Positions 13,350 through 23,362 of a DNA stretch of 64,000 nt are shown in pieces (within the stretch, counting starts at the first letter, position 1; every line of letters begins with the position of its first letter). The position numbers and the translations under genes are program-made. This DNA is from Gemmatimonadaceae bacterium (GTDB lineage Bacteria > Gemmatimonadota > Gemmatimonadetes > Gemmatimonadales > Gemmatimonadaceae): assembly GCA_019745365.1 (NCBI GenBank), contig JAIETI010000018.1, positions 4,811 to 68,810 of the forward strand, read 5' to 3'. Under the pieces are notes generated by a model, which was not told the DNA's origin, made no database searches, and saw only the letters and a list, made by a program, of their open reading frames with translations.

Positions 13350-14149
13350 TGACGCGCTTTCCTACCGACCGGCTCTTTCTGATTGCAGGGCCCTGCGTCA
13401 TCGAACGGGACGCGTTGCTGCTGCAGGTGGGGGAGCATCTCGCGCGTCTGGCCGAGCGCGTCCCCGGTGGCGTGATCTTCAAGGCGAGCTTCGACAAGGC
13501 GAATCGCAGTAACGCGGGCGCCTATCGGGGGCCGGGGATCGACGAGGGGCTCGCGGCGCTCGATCGCGTGCGCACGGCGACGGGCCTTCCGATTCTCACT
13601 GATGTGCATCTCCCCGAGCACTGCGAGGCGGCGGCGCAGGTGGCCGATGTGCTGCAGATCCCCGCCTTCCTCTGCCGGCAGACCGACCTCCTCGAAGCGG
13701 CCGGGCGGACCGGGAAACCGGTGAACGTGAAGAAGGGGCAGTTCCTCCACCCCGAGGGGATGCGTGGCGCGGTTGCGAAGGTGCGGGCGGCGGGGCCGAG
13801 TGAGGTGGCGGTCACGGAACGCGGCACCTTCTTCGGGTATGGGGACCTCGTGGTGGACATGCGTGGTATCCCGCGGATGCGCGCGGCCTGTGATGCCCCG
13901 GTGATCTTCGACGCGACCCACTCGGTGCAGCAGCCGGGGCTGGGAAGCGGTGGTGCCTCTGGGGGCGTGCGTGAGATGATCCCGACGCTCACCATGGCGG
14001 CGCTCGCGGCGGGCGTGGATGGCCTCTTTCTCGAGACCCATCCCGACCCCGCGACCGCGCCGAGCGATGGGCCGAACATGATCCCGCTCGCCGAGTTGGA
14101 TGCGCTGATCGATCGCGCACTCGCCATCTGGAGCGCGGCGCGCCGATGA
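13349..14149 (+). CDS. kdsA: 3-deoxy-8-phosphooctulonate synthase (KDO8P synthase)
   Basis: [30 protein letters not shown] and [10 protein letters not shown] motifs. The ATG overlaps the pyrG TGA (TGATG). The 5' part of track ORF 13205.. is an out-of-gene extension. Confidence 0.95.
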
Positions 14150-14745
14150 CCCAACGGATCGACCCCGCCGTCGCCGCCCGCATCCGACTCGTCGTGTTCG
14201 ACGTGGACGGGGTGATGACCGATGGTGGGATCTACCTCGGCGCGACCGGCGTCGCGGGCAGCGCCCCGATCGAACTCAAGCGGTATGACATCCAGGACGG
14301 CCTCGGCGTGCTGTTGTTGCGGCAGGCCGGGCTGCTCGTGGCGATCATCACCGGGCGGGTCTCGGAGAGCGTGCGGCTGCGCGCCCAAGAGCTGAAGGTC
14401 GATGAGTTGGTGCAGGACAAGCATGCGCGGAAGCTCGCGGCGCTTACGCGCCTGCTCGATGCGCGCGGCCTCACGCCCGAGGAAGTCGCCTTCGTCGGTG
14501 ACGACTTTCCCGACGCGGGCCCGATGCGGATGGTGGGGCTCCCCGTCGCGGTCGGCAACGCGGTCCCGGAGATCAAGGCGATGGCGCAGGTGACACTCAC
14601 GCGCACCGGAGGGCACGGCGCGGTGCGTGAGTTCGCCGAGCTCCTCCTGAGCGCCCGGGGCGAGTGGGTCACCCAGTGGGAGCGCTACGTCGCGGACCGC
14701 TCGGCGCTCGATGGCGCGGAGCCGCGCACGGCGGGGCGCGCATGA
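14146..14745 (+). CDS. kdsC: KDO 8-phosphate phosphatase (HAD-IIIA)
   Basis: 199 aa with the [15 protein letters not shown] motif I and [10 protein letters not shown] motif. Follows kdsA with an ATGA overlap. Confidence 0.85.
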   Translation: MTQRIDPAVAARIRLVVFDVDGVMTDGGIYLGATGVAGSAPIELKRYDIQDGLGVLLLRQAGLLVAIITGRVSESVRLRAQELKVDELVQDKHARKLAALTRLLDARGLTPEEVAFVGDDFPDAGPMRMVGLPVAVGNAVPEIKAMAQVTLTRTGGHGAVREFAELLLSARGEWVTQWERYVADRSALDGAEPRTAGRA

Positions 14746-15707
14746 CGGACGAGCGGATCATCGCGCGCGGGCAGCGCGTGCTCACCATGGAGCGCGACGC
14801 CCTCGACGCGACGGTGGTGCGCCTCGATGCGCGCTTCGCGGCGGCGGTGCGCCTCATCGCGAGCGCCAAGGGGCGCGTGATCATCGCGGGCGTGGGGAAG
14901 AGTGGGCTCATCGGCCGCAAGATCGCGGCGACACTCACCTCGACGGGAACACCGGCGAGCTTTCTGCATCCGACCGAGAGTGTGCATGGCGACCTCGGCA
15001 TCGTCTCGCAGGATGACGTGGCGATCCTCATCTCGAAGAGCGGTGAGACCGAGGAGCTGCTCCCCCTGCTGGGACAGTTGCAGCGCTTGGGCGTGCATGT
15101 GATCGCGCTGACGGGTGAGATGGATTCGACGCTGGCGCGGCAGTCCGAGGTCGCGCTCGACGCGTCCGTGACAGAGGAAGCGTGCCCGCACGATCTCGCG
15201 CCGACCACGAGCACGACGGTCACGTTGGCCATCGGTGACGCGCTCGCGGTGGCACTGCTCGAGGAGAAGGAGTTCACGCGCGAGGACTTCGCGCGCTTCC
15301 ATCCTGGCGGCGCCCTTGGGCGGCGCCTGACGCTCCGCGTCGCCGACTGCATGGTGACCGATCCTCTCCCCGTGTTGCCGGCGACCGCGACGATGCGAGA
15401 TGCCGTGGTGGTCCTCTCCCGCCAGCGAGGGCTCGCGCTCGTCACTGGAGCGGATGCGGCGCTCCTCGGTGTGATCACCACGGGCGACCTGAGCCGGTTG
15501 CTGGAACGCGGTGGCGATATCGGTGCGGTGGTGGTGACCGAGGTCATGTCGCGTACGCCGAAGCACGCTGCGCCGGACGAGCTGGCGAGCGCGGTCGTGT
15601 ACCGGATGGAGCAGCACGGGATCGTGGCGGTCCCGGTCCTCGACGACGCGCGACGTGTGGTCGGCGTGGTGCACTTGCACGATCTGATGCGGGCCGGGGC
15701 TGCGTGA
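14742..15707 (+). CDS. kdsD: arabinose-5-phosphate isomerase (KdsD/KpsF; SIS plus tandem CBS domains)
   Basis: SIS motif GVGKSGLIGRKIAATL, then two CBS-like repeats at the C-terminus. ATG 14742 overlaps the kdsC stop. Confidence 0.9.
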   Translation: MTDERIIARGQRVLTMERDALDATVVRLDARFAAAVRLIASAKGRVIIAGVGKSGLIGRKIAATLTSTGTPASFLHPTESVHGDLGIVSQDDVAILISKSGETEELLPLLGQLQRLGVHVIALTGEMDSTLARQSEVALDASVTEEACPHDLAPTTSTTVTLAIGDALAVALLEEKEFTREDFARFHPGGALGRRLTLRVADCMVTDPLPVLPATATMRDAVVVLSRQRGLALVTGADAALLGVITTGDLSRLLERGGDIGAVVVTEVMSRTPKHAAPDELASAVVYRMEQHGIVAVPVLDDARRVVGVVHLHDLMRAGAA

Positions 15708-16249
15708 CGCGCCGCATCATCCTGTTCCTGGCACTCCTAGGCGGCGCCTGCGCGGACCTCGGCGGGGCGAAACCGGCGCGGAAGATCACCACCGAGGCGG
15801 ACACCGCCGACCAGATCGCGTTCAAGTCGCGGACGATCATCACCGATCGCGGCGTGATGCGCGCGGAGGTGCTCAGCGACACGGCGCTCTTCTTCAACGA
15901 GAGCACGCGCGTGCACCTCCGCCGCCTGAACGGGGTGTTCTACAACAGCACCGGTGCGAAGGACGCGGTGATGACGAGTCGGTGGGGGATCTACGACACC
16001 CGGCTCGGCGTCCTCGAGGCGCACGGCGATGTCGAGGTGATCTCCGTCGATGGGCGACGCCTGCGCTCGCCGGAGGTGCGCTTCGACCAGCGCACGAATC
16101 AGATCACGAGCGACAGTGCCTTCGTCCTGACGGAACCCGACCGTGAGGTGCGGGGGATCGGGTTCGTGTCGGATCCCGACATGAACAACATCCGGGTGCT
16201 GAAAGCGGCGAAGGGGAAGGCCGGGACCTTCACGATCCCGGGCACGTGA
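15704..16249 (+). CDS. lptC: LptC-like LPS export protein (N-terminal anchor plus beta-jellyroll)
   Basis: 181 aa. Has a hydrophobic N-terminus with a Cys (LLGGACADL). Size and position between kdsD and lptA match the conserved kdsD-kdsC-lptC-lptA-lptB order. Confidence 0.65.
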   Translation: MTRRIILFLALLGGACADLGGAKPARKITTEADTADQIAFKSRTIITDRGVMRAEVLSDTALFFNESTRVHLRRLNGVFYNSTGAKDAVMTSRWGIYDTRLGVLEAHGDVEVISVDGRRLRSPEVRFDQRTNQITSDSAFVLTEPDREVRGIGFVSDPDMNNIRVLKAAKGKAGTFTIPGT

Positions 16250-17625
16250 TGCGAGCGCTCCGGGTCGGGCTGCTCGTGACCGGGGCGGCGCTGTCGGCGC
16301 AGGGCACCCCGCGGGCCGCCGTGCGGACCTGTGTGTTGGAGTTCGACAACACGGACACGTCGCGGGTGAATCTCACCAAGCTGCCGAGCGGTCAGTATCG
16401 CTCGTACTTCGGCGCGGGGGTGAAGGGGCGCTGCAAGGGGAGCGATCAGCGACTCGTGAGTGATAGTGCCGAGCATGACGGCGAGAGCAAGGTCCTGCTG
16501 CTGATCGGCAACGTGCACTATACCGAGGCGCGGGTGAAGGTCGATGCCGCGCGGATGACGTACTACACCGCCGAGGAGCGGTTGTACGCGGAAGGAGATG
16601 TCGTGGCGGTCACGCCCGCAGGCACGCGCTTGATGGGGCCGTCAGCGGAGTACCTGCGTGCCGTGCCCGGGATGCGTACGATCCCGGTGCTGAGTTCGGA
16701 CAAGCGCCCACGCGTGCGGCTGAGCCCGGCCGATGCGAAGAACGCGACCGATGATGCGCCGGTGGACCTCGTCGCAACGCGGCTCCGCGCGGAAGGCGAC
16801 TCCCTGATGTACGCGAGCGGTGATGTGGTCATGGCGCGTCCGGATATCGAGGCGACCGCCGACTCCGCCTTCCTCGACAACGGGCGCGAGATCGCACGGC
16901 TCATGCGGACGCCGGTCGTGCGCGGGATCGGTGCGCGGAAGTTCGAACTGGAAGGGGGCGTGATCGACCTGTACTCGCGGCAGCGCGCTCTGCAGCGCGT
17001 CGTCGCGCGGGGGACGGCGCGGGCGAAGAACGATGATCTCGACCTCACGGCGGACACCATCGACCTGCGCGTGACGGGCGACAAACTCTCCCGCGCGATC
17101 GCATGGGGGGCCACGCCCGCGCGCGCGCACTCCCCCGCGCGCGACATCACCGCCGATTCGATCGACATCGACATGCCTGGGCAGCGGCTGCGCGAACTGC
17201 ACGCGGTGCGGCACGCGGCCGCGGAGACGGATGCGGACTCGATGAAGCTCAAAACCACCGAGCGCGACTGGCTGCGCGGCGACACGATCGTCGCCCGCTT
17301 CGATACGACGGCCGCGCCAAGCGACAGCGCCGGACAACCCGCGCTCCGCGAGATCGTCGCCTCCGGTGCCGCGCGCTCGTTCTATCAGGTCGCGAGCCGA
17401 GTGAGCCGGACCGCGTTACCGAACATCAACTACGTGACGGGGAAGGGGATCACCGTGCGCTTCGATTCCGGTGAGGTGCGGCACGTGGCGGTGCGCGAGC
17501 AGGCGAACGGGGTCTACCTCGAGGCGACACCGGACTCCGTGCGCGCGGACAGTGCGGCGGCAAAGCCCGCGGCCAGGCGCGCCGGGAACAAGCGCGCCGT
17601 CCCCAAGCCGGGAGCACGCCCATGA
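16246..17625 (+). CDS. lptA: OstA/LptA-family periplasmic LPS transport protein, unusually long
   Basis: 459 aa with a signal peptide (LLVTGAALSAQG). Has repeated OstA-like strands (ADSA...G.V, A D.I.....) and a basic Ala/Pro/Lys tail. Sits between lptC and lptB. Confidence 0.62.
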   Translation: MMRALRVGLLVTGAALSAQGTPRAAVRTCVLEFDNTDTSRVNLTKLPSGQYRSYFGAGVKGRCKGSDQRLVSDSAEHDGESKVLLLIGNVHYTEARVKVDAARMTYYTAEERLYAEGDVVAVTPAGTRLMGPSAEYLRAVPGMRTIPVLSSDKRPRVRLSPADAKNATDDAPVDLVATRLRAEGDSLMYASGDVVMARPDIEATADSAFLDNGREIARLMRTPVVRGIGARKFELEGGVIDLYSRQRALQRVVARGTARAKNDDLDLTADTIDLRVTGDKLSRAIAWGATPARAHSPARDITADSIDIDMPGQRLRELHAVRHAAAETDADSMKLKTTERDWLRGDTIVARFDTTAAPSDSAGQPALREIVASGAARSFYQVASRVSRTALPNINYVTGKGITVRFDSGEVRHVAVREQANGVYLEATPDSVRADSAAAKPAARRAGNKRAVPKPGARP

Positions 17626-18815
17626 GCACGCTCGTCGATCGGTACGCGGGCGGGGATCGCTCCGCCGCGCTGGCATTACTCGCGCTGCTCGAGTCTGCAG
17701 ACGCGACCGGTGCGGCCGCGCTCGGCGCGCTCGCGGTCGCGTATCGCGATGACCACCTCAAGGCACTCCGTGCCGAAGGGCGGGATGTGGAACGCGAGGC
17801 CGGCCGCCTGTCGCTCGACGAGGTACGGAGTCATCTGATCGAGGTGGTGCTCCCGCGTCTTGCTGCGAATGGCGCGATCGCGCCGGTGGCAGCGCGCGCC
17901 GATGAGCCCGATACGATCATCCGGCTTGCGGACGCGTTCCGTGCCGAGGTGGCCGTCGATGACGCGGGGGCGCGCGCCGCACTGCGCCACACCGGCGAGC
18001 ACGGCGCCGTCGTCCGAGCCGCCGCGGCCGCCGTCGAGGCAGGGACGGGGAGCGTCCTCCGTGCGGAAGGACTCGTGAAGGTGTATCGCCGCCGGCACGT
18101 CGTGAATGACGTCGCGCTCGAGTTGCGGCAGGGGGAGATCGTCGGCCTCCTCGGCCCGAACGGCGCGGGGAAGACCACGACCTTCTACATGATCACGGGG
18201 TTGATCCCGCCGGCCGCCGGTCGGATCCTGCTCGATGACCAGGACATCACCACGATGCCGATGTTCCAGCGGGCGCGTCGTGGGATCGGGTACCTGTCGC
18301 AAGAGCCGTCGATCTTCCGCAAGCTGAGCGTCGAGGAGAACATCCTCGCGATCCTCGAGACGCTTGGCCTGCCGCGTGCCGAACAGGAGGCGCGCCTCGA
18401 GGCGCTTCTCGATGATCTCAAGATCAAACACCTGCGTACCTCGAAGGCGTACGCGCTCTCCGGCGGCGAGCGACGGCGTTTGGAGATCACGCGGGCGCTG
18501 GTCACACGCCCGAAGTTCATGATGCTCGATGAACCGTTCGCTGGGGTGGACCCCATCGCGGTGCATGACATCCAGGGGATCGTCGCGTCGCTCAAGCATC
18601 GGGGGATCGGCGTGCTCATCTCCGACCACAATGTGGAACAGACGCTCGACATCGTCGACCGGGCCTATATCCTGTTCGATGGACAGGTGAAGGTGTCCGG
18701 CGCGGTGCGCGACCTCGTCTTCGATGACACGGTCGCCGATCTCTATCTCGGTCCGACGCTCACGGCGCGTCTGCGTGAACGCTTCGCGAACGAACCGACC
18801 GCGCCTGCGGGATGA
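17622..18815 (+). CDS. lptB: LPS export ABC ATPase LptB with a ~144-aa N-terminal extension
   Basis: The C-terminal ~250 aa is canonical LptB (LRAEGLVKVYRRRHVV, GLLGPNGAGKTTTFYM, LSGGERRRLEITRAL, MLDEPFAGVDP). The ORF continues in frame upstream to an ATG that overlaps the lptA stop. Confidence 0.9.
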   Translation: MSTLVDRYAGGDRSAALALLALLESADATGAAALGALAVAYRDDHLKALRAEGRDVEREAGRLSLDEVRSHLIEVVLPRLAANGAIAPVAARADEPDTIIRLADAFRAEVAVDDAGARAALRHTGEHGAVVRAAAAAVEAGTGSVLRAEGLVKVYRRRHVVNDVALELRQGEIVGLLGPNGAGKTTTFYMITGLIPPAAGRILLDDQDITTMPMFQRARRGIGYLSQEPSIFRKLSVEENILAILETLGLPRAEQEARLEALLDDLKIKHLRTSKAYALSGGERRRLEITRALVTRPKFMMLDEPFAGVDPIAVHDIQGIVASLKHRGIGVLISDHNVEQTLDIVDRAYILFDGQVKVSGAVRDLVFDDTVADLYLGPTLTARLRERFANEPTAPAG

Positions 18816-20320
18816 CCGCCTTCAAGCAGGGGCTCTCCCAGTCCGTCCGACTGGGGCAGGAGATGAAGATCAATCCACGCCTATATCAGGCGATGGATAT
18901 GCTCTATATGCCCCTGCTCGACCTGCAGCAGCACCTGAAGCAGGAGCTGGAGATCAATCCGTTCCTCGAGATGAACGAGGAGAGCGAGGAAGGGGAGACG
19001 GAGGAGGACGGTGCCGAGGGCGAGGACGACACGGCCCTCGCGGTCGAAGACGTGCCCCTGACCACCGTCGAGGATCCGCGCAAGGACGACGGGACCGACT
19101 GGGAGGAGATCCTCCTCAATGGGTTCGACGTCGGCAATGGGGTGCGCGAAGAGCACGAGGAGAGCGAGGGCTGGACGCCCACCTCGGTCGCGGCACACGA
19201 CCTCGCCGACCATCTGCGGGAACAGATCGCCCATCTCGACCTGACCGAGCGCGAGAAGCTCATCGCCGATGAGGTCATCGGCAACATCGGCGACGACGGT
19301 TATCTGCAAGGCGATCTGGCGGGGGTGCGGGATGGCATCAACGCCGAGATCCGGCGGAGCGCGGCGGTGCTCGACCGCGACGAGGACGACCTGCCGTTGA
19401 TCACCGACGCCGAGGTCGAGGCGATGCTCGCGCGAATCCAACGACTCGATCCGTCGGGAGTCGGTGCCCGCGATCTCCGCGAGTGCCTGCTCATCCAGCT
19501 CCGCGAGGCGGGAGAGACCGAGACGATGCCGGTGCGTCTCGTGCGCGACTTCTTCGACGAGTTGGTCGCGCACAAGTGGTCCGACATCGCGCGCCGAACG
19601 GGTGTGGTCCCCGCCGATGTGCAGCGCGCCGCGGACCGGATCGCCCTGCTCAATCCCAAGCCAGGCCGCCTCGCCGGGAATGCCCAGGAGCAGTACGTCA
19701 TCCCCGACCTGATCGTGGAGAAGGTCGATGGGCAGTACCTCGTCTTCCTCAATGACGGGAACCTGCCGCGACTCAAACTGAGTCGCGTGTATCAGGACAT
19801 CGCCCGCGACCGGAAGAAGTTCGACGGTGAGAGCCGCGACTTCATCAACAGCAAGCTCAACGCGGCGCAGTGGTTGATCCAAGCGATCGAGCAGCGGCGC
19901 AACACGATGCTGAAGGTCATGCACTTCATCGTGGACCGGCAGCGGGACTTCTTCGAGAAGGGCGTGAAGGCGCTCAAGCCGCTCACCCTGCGCGAGGTCG
20001 CGGATGTCATCGGGATGCACGAATCCACGGTGAGCCGTGTGACCAACGAGAAGTACGCCCAGACGCCACGTGGGGTGCTCCCGTTGAAGTTCTTCTTTTC
20101 CAGCGCGCTCGCCACCACGGGCGGTGAGGACGCGAGTGCGCGTGCCATCCGGGCGACGATCGAGTCGCTCGTCCAAGCCGAGGATCCCAAAGCCCCGCTC
20201 ACCGACCAAGCGATCGTGGAGCGGTTGGAAGCTGATGGGATCCAGATCGCTCGCCGCACCGTGGCGAAGTATCGCGACCAACTCGGGGTGCTCCCCGCTC
20301 GTATGAGGAAACGTCTGTGA
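18812..20320 (+). CDS. rpoN: RNA polymerase sigma-54 factor
   Basis: 502 aa with region I (LSQSVRLGQEMKINPRLYQAMDMLYMP), an acidic region II, an HTH, and the RpoN box ARRTVAKYR. Confidence 0.95.
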   Translation: MTAFKQGLSQSVRLGQEMKINPRLYQAMDMLYMPLLDLQQHLKQELEINPFLEMNEESEEGETEEDGAEGEDDTALAVEDVPLTTVEDPRKDDGTDWEEILLNGFDVGNGVREEHEESEGWTPTSVAAHDLADHLREQIAHLDLTEREKLIADEVIGNIGDDGYLQGDLAGVRDGINAEIRRSAAVLDRDEDDLPLITDAEVEAMLARIQRLDPSGVGARDLRECLLIQLREAGETETMPVRLVRDFFDELVAHKWSDIARRTGVVPADVQRAADRIALLNPKPGRLAGNAQEQYVIPDLIVEKVDGQYLVFLNDGNLPRLKLSRVYQDIARDRKKFDGESRDFINSKLNAAQWLIQAIEQRRNTMLKVMHFIVDRQRDFFEKGVKALKPLTLREVADVIGMHESTVSRVTNEKYAQTPRGVLPLKFFFSSALATTGGEDASARAIRATIESLVQAEDPKAPLTDQAIVERLEADGIQIARRTVAKYRDQLGVLPARMRKRL

Positions 20321-21273
20321 GTACTCTCCGCGCCGAGATCGACGTCTCTGTGCTCGTCCCAGCCAAAGATGAGGCGGAGAATCTCCCGCTCTTCCTCCGC
20401 GACTGTGCCGCGACTTTCGCCGCGCGCCCGGAGCGGTATGAGGTGATCGTCATCGACGACGGCTCGCGAGACGGGACGCCGATCGTGCTGGAGGAGCTTC
20501 GGGCGCAGTACCCGTGGCTTCGTATCGTCCGGCACCGCAGTCAGCGGGGGATCGCCGATGCCCTCCGCTCCGGCTATCTCGCGGCGCGGGGCGACGTGCT
20601 CGTGTTCTATCCCGCCGACAATCAGTTCAAGCCCGAGGACATCCCGCGCCTCGTCGCGCCGGTGCTCGCCGGCGAGTCGGACATGGTGACGGGATACAAG
20701 CAGGGGGTGTACGAGAAGGCGTTCGTCTCGCGCATCTACAATGGGTTGAGCCGCGCGCTCTTCGAGATCCCGGTGCGCGACCTCAACAACGTGAAGGCGT
20801 ACCGACGCGAGATCATGGCGGCCCAACCGGTGCGGCCGGACTGGCATCGCTACATGATCGTGCTCGCGCACGCGCAGGGGTACAGCGTGAGCGAGATCCC
20901 GGTGCCGCTCTACCCGCGGCACGCTGGGCGCTCGAAGTTCGGTCTGGGGCGCATCCCGATCGGCGTGATCGACATGCTCGCGGTCTGGTTCGAACTCCGC
21001 TTCGGCCAGAAGCCGCTGCTCCTCTTCGGGATGCTCGGCGCGGCGCTCTTCGCGCTCGGCCTCGCGGCAGGGCTCGGTGCGCTCGTGGTCCTGGGCACGA
21101 TGGGGATCGGGCTGCGGTGGGTGTGGACGCTGATCCAGACCTGCCTCCTGCTCGGATCGGTTTTCTTCGCCACGGGGCTATTGGGCGAGCAGGTTGCGGT
21201 ACTGCGCGCGGAGCAACGCGAGCTCCGTCGCCGCATGGAAGAGATCGACGCGCGCGAGCGTGGAGCGGCGTGA
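20317..21273 (+). CDS. GT2 polyprenyl-phosphate glycosyltransferase (GtrB/ArnC/CsbB-like) with C-terminal TM helices
   Basis: 318 aa with VLVPAKDEAENL and VIVIDDGSRDGT (GT-A DxD region), then two predicted C-terminal TM helices, as in GtrB-type enzymes. Confidence 0.82.
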   Translation: MSTLRAEIDVSVLVPAKDEAENLPLFLRDCAATFAARPERYEVIVIDDGSRDGTPIVLEELRAQYPWLRIVRHRSQRGIADALRSGYLAARGDVLVFYPADNQFKPEDIPRLVAPVLAGESDMVTGYKQGVYEKAFVSRIYNGLSRALFEIPVRDLNNVKAYRREIMAAQPVRPDWHRYMIVLAHAQGYSVSEIPVPLYPRHAGRSKFGLGRIPIGVIDMLAVWFELRFGQKPLLLFGMLGAALFALGLAAGLGALVVLGTMGIGLRWVWTLIQTCLLLGSVFFATGLLGEQVAVLRAEQRELRRRMEEIDARERGAA

Positions 21274-22427
21274 AGGTTCTCTACCTCACGCACAACTTCC
21301 CGAGCACGCCGGAGGATCCGGCGGGCTCGTTCGTGCTGCGATTGGCGAGCGCCGTGCGCAGCGCGGGTGCCGAGGTCGCGGTGCTGGCCCCGGCATCGCG
21401 CCGCGCCGCGGGGCGCGATGCAGTCGCGGGGATCGCGGTCGAGCGCTACCGCTACGCACCGCGCGCGTGGGAGACGCTCGCGTCGGACGGAACAATGGCG
21501 GAGCAGGTGGGGAGCAGTTGGCGCGCACGCGCCGCCTTTCTCGGGATGTTGCTCGCGGGGCGCGGCGCACTCGCGCGTGCGGTCCGTCGAGAACGCCCCG
21601 ACGTGATCCACGCGCATTGGTGGGTGCCGGCGGGGATGATCGCCGCGCTCCCCACGAGTCCGCGGCCGTTGGTGATCACCTCGCATGGCTCGGATATCCG
21701 ACTGGCGCGCGGCAGTCGTGCGGCGACGACGCTCTTTCGCCGCGTCGTGGGACGGGCGAGTGCGGTGACGACCGTCTCGCGCTGGCTCGCGGACGAGGCC
21801 GCGCGTTTGGCACCACATTGCGCACCGATCGTGGCGCCGATGCCCGTGGCCACGGAGCGGTTCGCGCCGGTCGCGGACCGCACGAGCGATCGGGTGCTGT
21901 TCGTGGGGCGCTTGAACGCGCAGAAGGGAGTGGCGCCGCTGCTTGAGGCGCTGGCGACCGTCACGGTCCCGTGGCAACTCGATGTCGTCGGCGAGGGGCC
22001 GGACCGTGCGGCACTCGAGGCGTTGGCGCACGCGCGCGGTCTGGCCGGACGCGTCCACTGGCACGGATCGGTGCCGAATGAGAAACTCGCGCCGTACTAC
22101 GCCCGCGCCGCGTGCACGGTCGTGCCGTCGGCGGACGAAGGGCTCGGCCTCGTCGCGGTCGAAGCGCTCCTCTGCGGCGCGCCGGTCGTGGCGTACGATT
22201 CCGGTGGGCTCCGCGACGTGATCACCTCAGGGGTCACGGGGTCGCTGGTCCCGATGAATGTGCTTGCGCTCGCGCGCGGGATCACGCGGGTGCTCGCGAA
22301 TCCCGATGGCGCCCGCGCCGAAGCGATGGTCGGACGGACGCAGATGCTCGGGCGGTTCAGTGCGTCAGCGGTGGCGCGCCGCTACCTCGATCTCTATCGC
22401 GCGGTGCGCGATGGAAGCCCCGCATGA
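21270..22427 (+). CDS. GT4 (GT-B fold) glycosyltransferase
   Basis: Starts (V)KVLYLTHNFPSTPEDPAGSF. The C-terminal EGLGLVAVEALLCGAPVVA motif matches the EX7E family. GTG 21270 overlaps the upstream stop (GTGA). The upstream 252 codons of track ORF 20514.. are a shadow frame. Confidence 0.85.
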   Translation: MKVLYLTHNFPSTPEDPAGSFVLRLASAVRSAGAEVAVLAPASRRAAGRDAVAGIAVERYRYAPRAWETLASDGTMAEQVGSSWRARAAFLGMLLAGRGALARAVRRERPDVIHAHWWVPAGMIAALPTSPRPLVITSHGSDIRLARGSRAATTLFRRVVGRASAVTTVSRWLADEAARLAPHCAPIVAPMPVATERFAPVADRTSDRVLFVGRLNAQKGVAPLLEALATVTVPWQLDVVGEGPDRAALEALAHARGLAGRVHWHGSVPNEKLAPYYARAACTVVPSADEGLGLVAVEALLCGAPVVAYDSGGLRDVITSGVTGSLVPMNVLALARGITRVLANPDGARAEAMVGRTQMLGRFSASAVARRYLDLYRAVRDGSPA

Positions 22428-23362
22428 GGGACCGCGTGTGGCGGGTCGCCCAGTTCGCGGTGGTGGCACTCCTCCTCTGGTTCGTCGCGCAGGTATTGCG
22501 GCGCCAGTGGGGCGAGCTCGCGCCCATGCTGCAGGCGGTCACCGTCGACCGCGCCTCGCTCGCGTTGTCGGGTCTGCTCGTGCTCGCGAGCTACCTCGTC
22601 CTGATCGAGACCTGGCGTGACACGGTCTCGCGTTGGGGGGCGCAGCTCTCGTTCGGCGACGCGATGCGGATCTGGTTCGTCTCGAACCTCGGGCGCTATC
22701 TCCCGGGGAAGGTATGGCAGATCGGGGCGATGGGGGCGCTCGCCCAACGCGTCGGAGTGCCCGCCACCGCGGCGGTCGGTTCGTCGATCGTGATCGCGCT
22801 CGTGAACATCGTCGTCGGGGTCGCGGTCACGGTCGCGGCATCCCCGCAGATGCTCGCACTCGACACCCTCGGATGGAGCGTGATCGGCATGCTCACCGCC
22901 GGCGTGATCGCCCTGCCGTGGCTGCTTCCGGTCGGGATCGGCGTGGTGCGACGTCTCACAGGGCGCGAGGTCGCGCTCCCGGCACTTCCACCGCAGGTCA
23001 TCTGGCGCACCGCGGCCGGCTGCGCGTTGGCGTGGCTGCTCTACGGCGCTGCCTTTCGCGCGCTCGCCGTCGCTGTACTCCCCGCCGTGGGTGGCACCGC
23101 GCGCGACGCCACGGCAGTTTTCACCGGTTCGTATCTGGCCGGTTTCTTGGCACTTTTCGCTCCCGGTGGGGTGGGAGTCCGAGAAGTCGCGATGTACGCC
23201 GCACTCGAGCGCACCGGGATGGCGACGGGCGCGTCGGCGACGCTGCTCGTCGCCGCCTCGCGGGCGTGGCTCACGCTGGCAGAACTTCTTCCCGGCCTCC
23301 TCTTCCTCGGGTGGGCGCGTCGACAGACCCGAACGGCGTCTCCCTCTTCCATCGTCTCGTGA
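22424..23362 (+). CDS. UPF0104/LPG-synthase-TM-like ('flippase-like') integral membrane protein
   Basis: About 312 aa and polytopic. Contains the SNLGRYLPGKVWQIGAM motif characteristic of this family. ATGA overlap with the GT4 gene. Confidence 0.68.
   Translation: MRDRVWRVAQFAVVALLLWFVAQVLRRQWGELAPMLQAVTVDRASLALSGLLVLASYLVLIETWRDTVSRWGAQLSFGDAMRIWFVSNLGRYLPGKVWQIGAMGALAQRVGVPATAAVGSSIVIALVNIVVGVAVTVAASPQMLALDTLGWSVIGMLTAGVIALPWLLPVGIGVVRRLTGREVALPALPPQVIWRTAAGCALAWLLYGAAFRALAVAVLPAVGGTARDATAVFTGSYLAGFLALFAPGGVGVREVAMYAALERTGMATGASATLLVAASRAWLTLAELLPGLLFLGWARRQTRTASPSSIVS

Noticed and set aside
20514-21269. Long 5' extensions of several track ORFs: 20514.., 22112.., 22633.., 13205.., 14664.., 30953.. 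on the + strand, and the upstream parts of 32068-32775, 32870-33682, 37555-39051, 38850-40604, 42825-44990, 44648-46711 and 62216-63556 on the - strand.
   Set aside because: Each extension overlaps the preceding well-supported gene in another frame and is Arg/Ala/Pro/Gly-rich. In each case it ends where an ATG or GTG abuts or overlaps the upstream stop codon, followed by a recognisable N-terminus. I trimmed the genes accordingly.
23148-23163. Sigma-54 promoter-like TGGCAC motifs: TGGCACttttcGCT at 23148, and TGGCACcgcagCTCGA at about 3328.
   Set aside because: The GG-to-GC spacing is wrong by 2 nt at 23148, and that site lies inside a coding region. At 3328 the -12 element lacks TTGC and the motif overlaps a start codon. 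Neither fits the TGGCACG-N4-TTGCW geometry.
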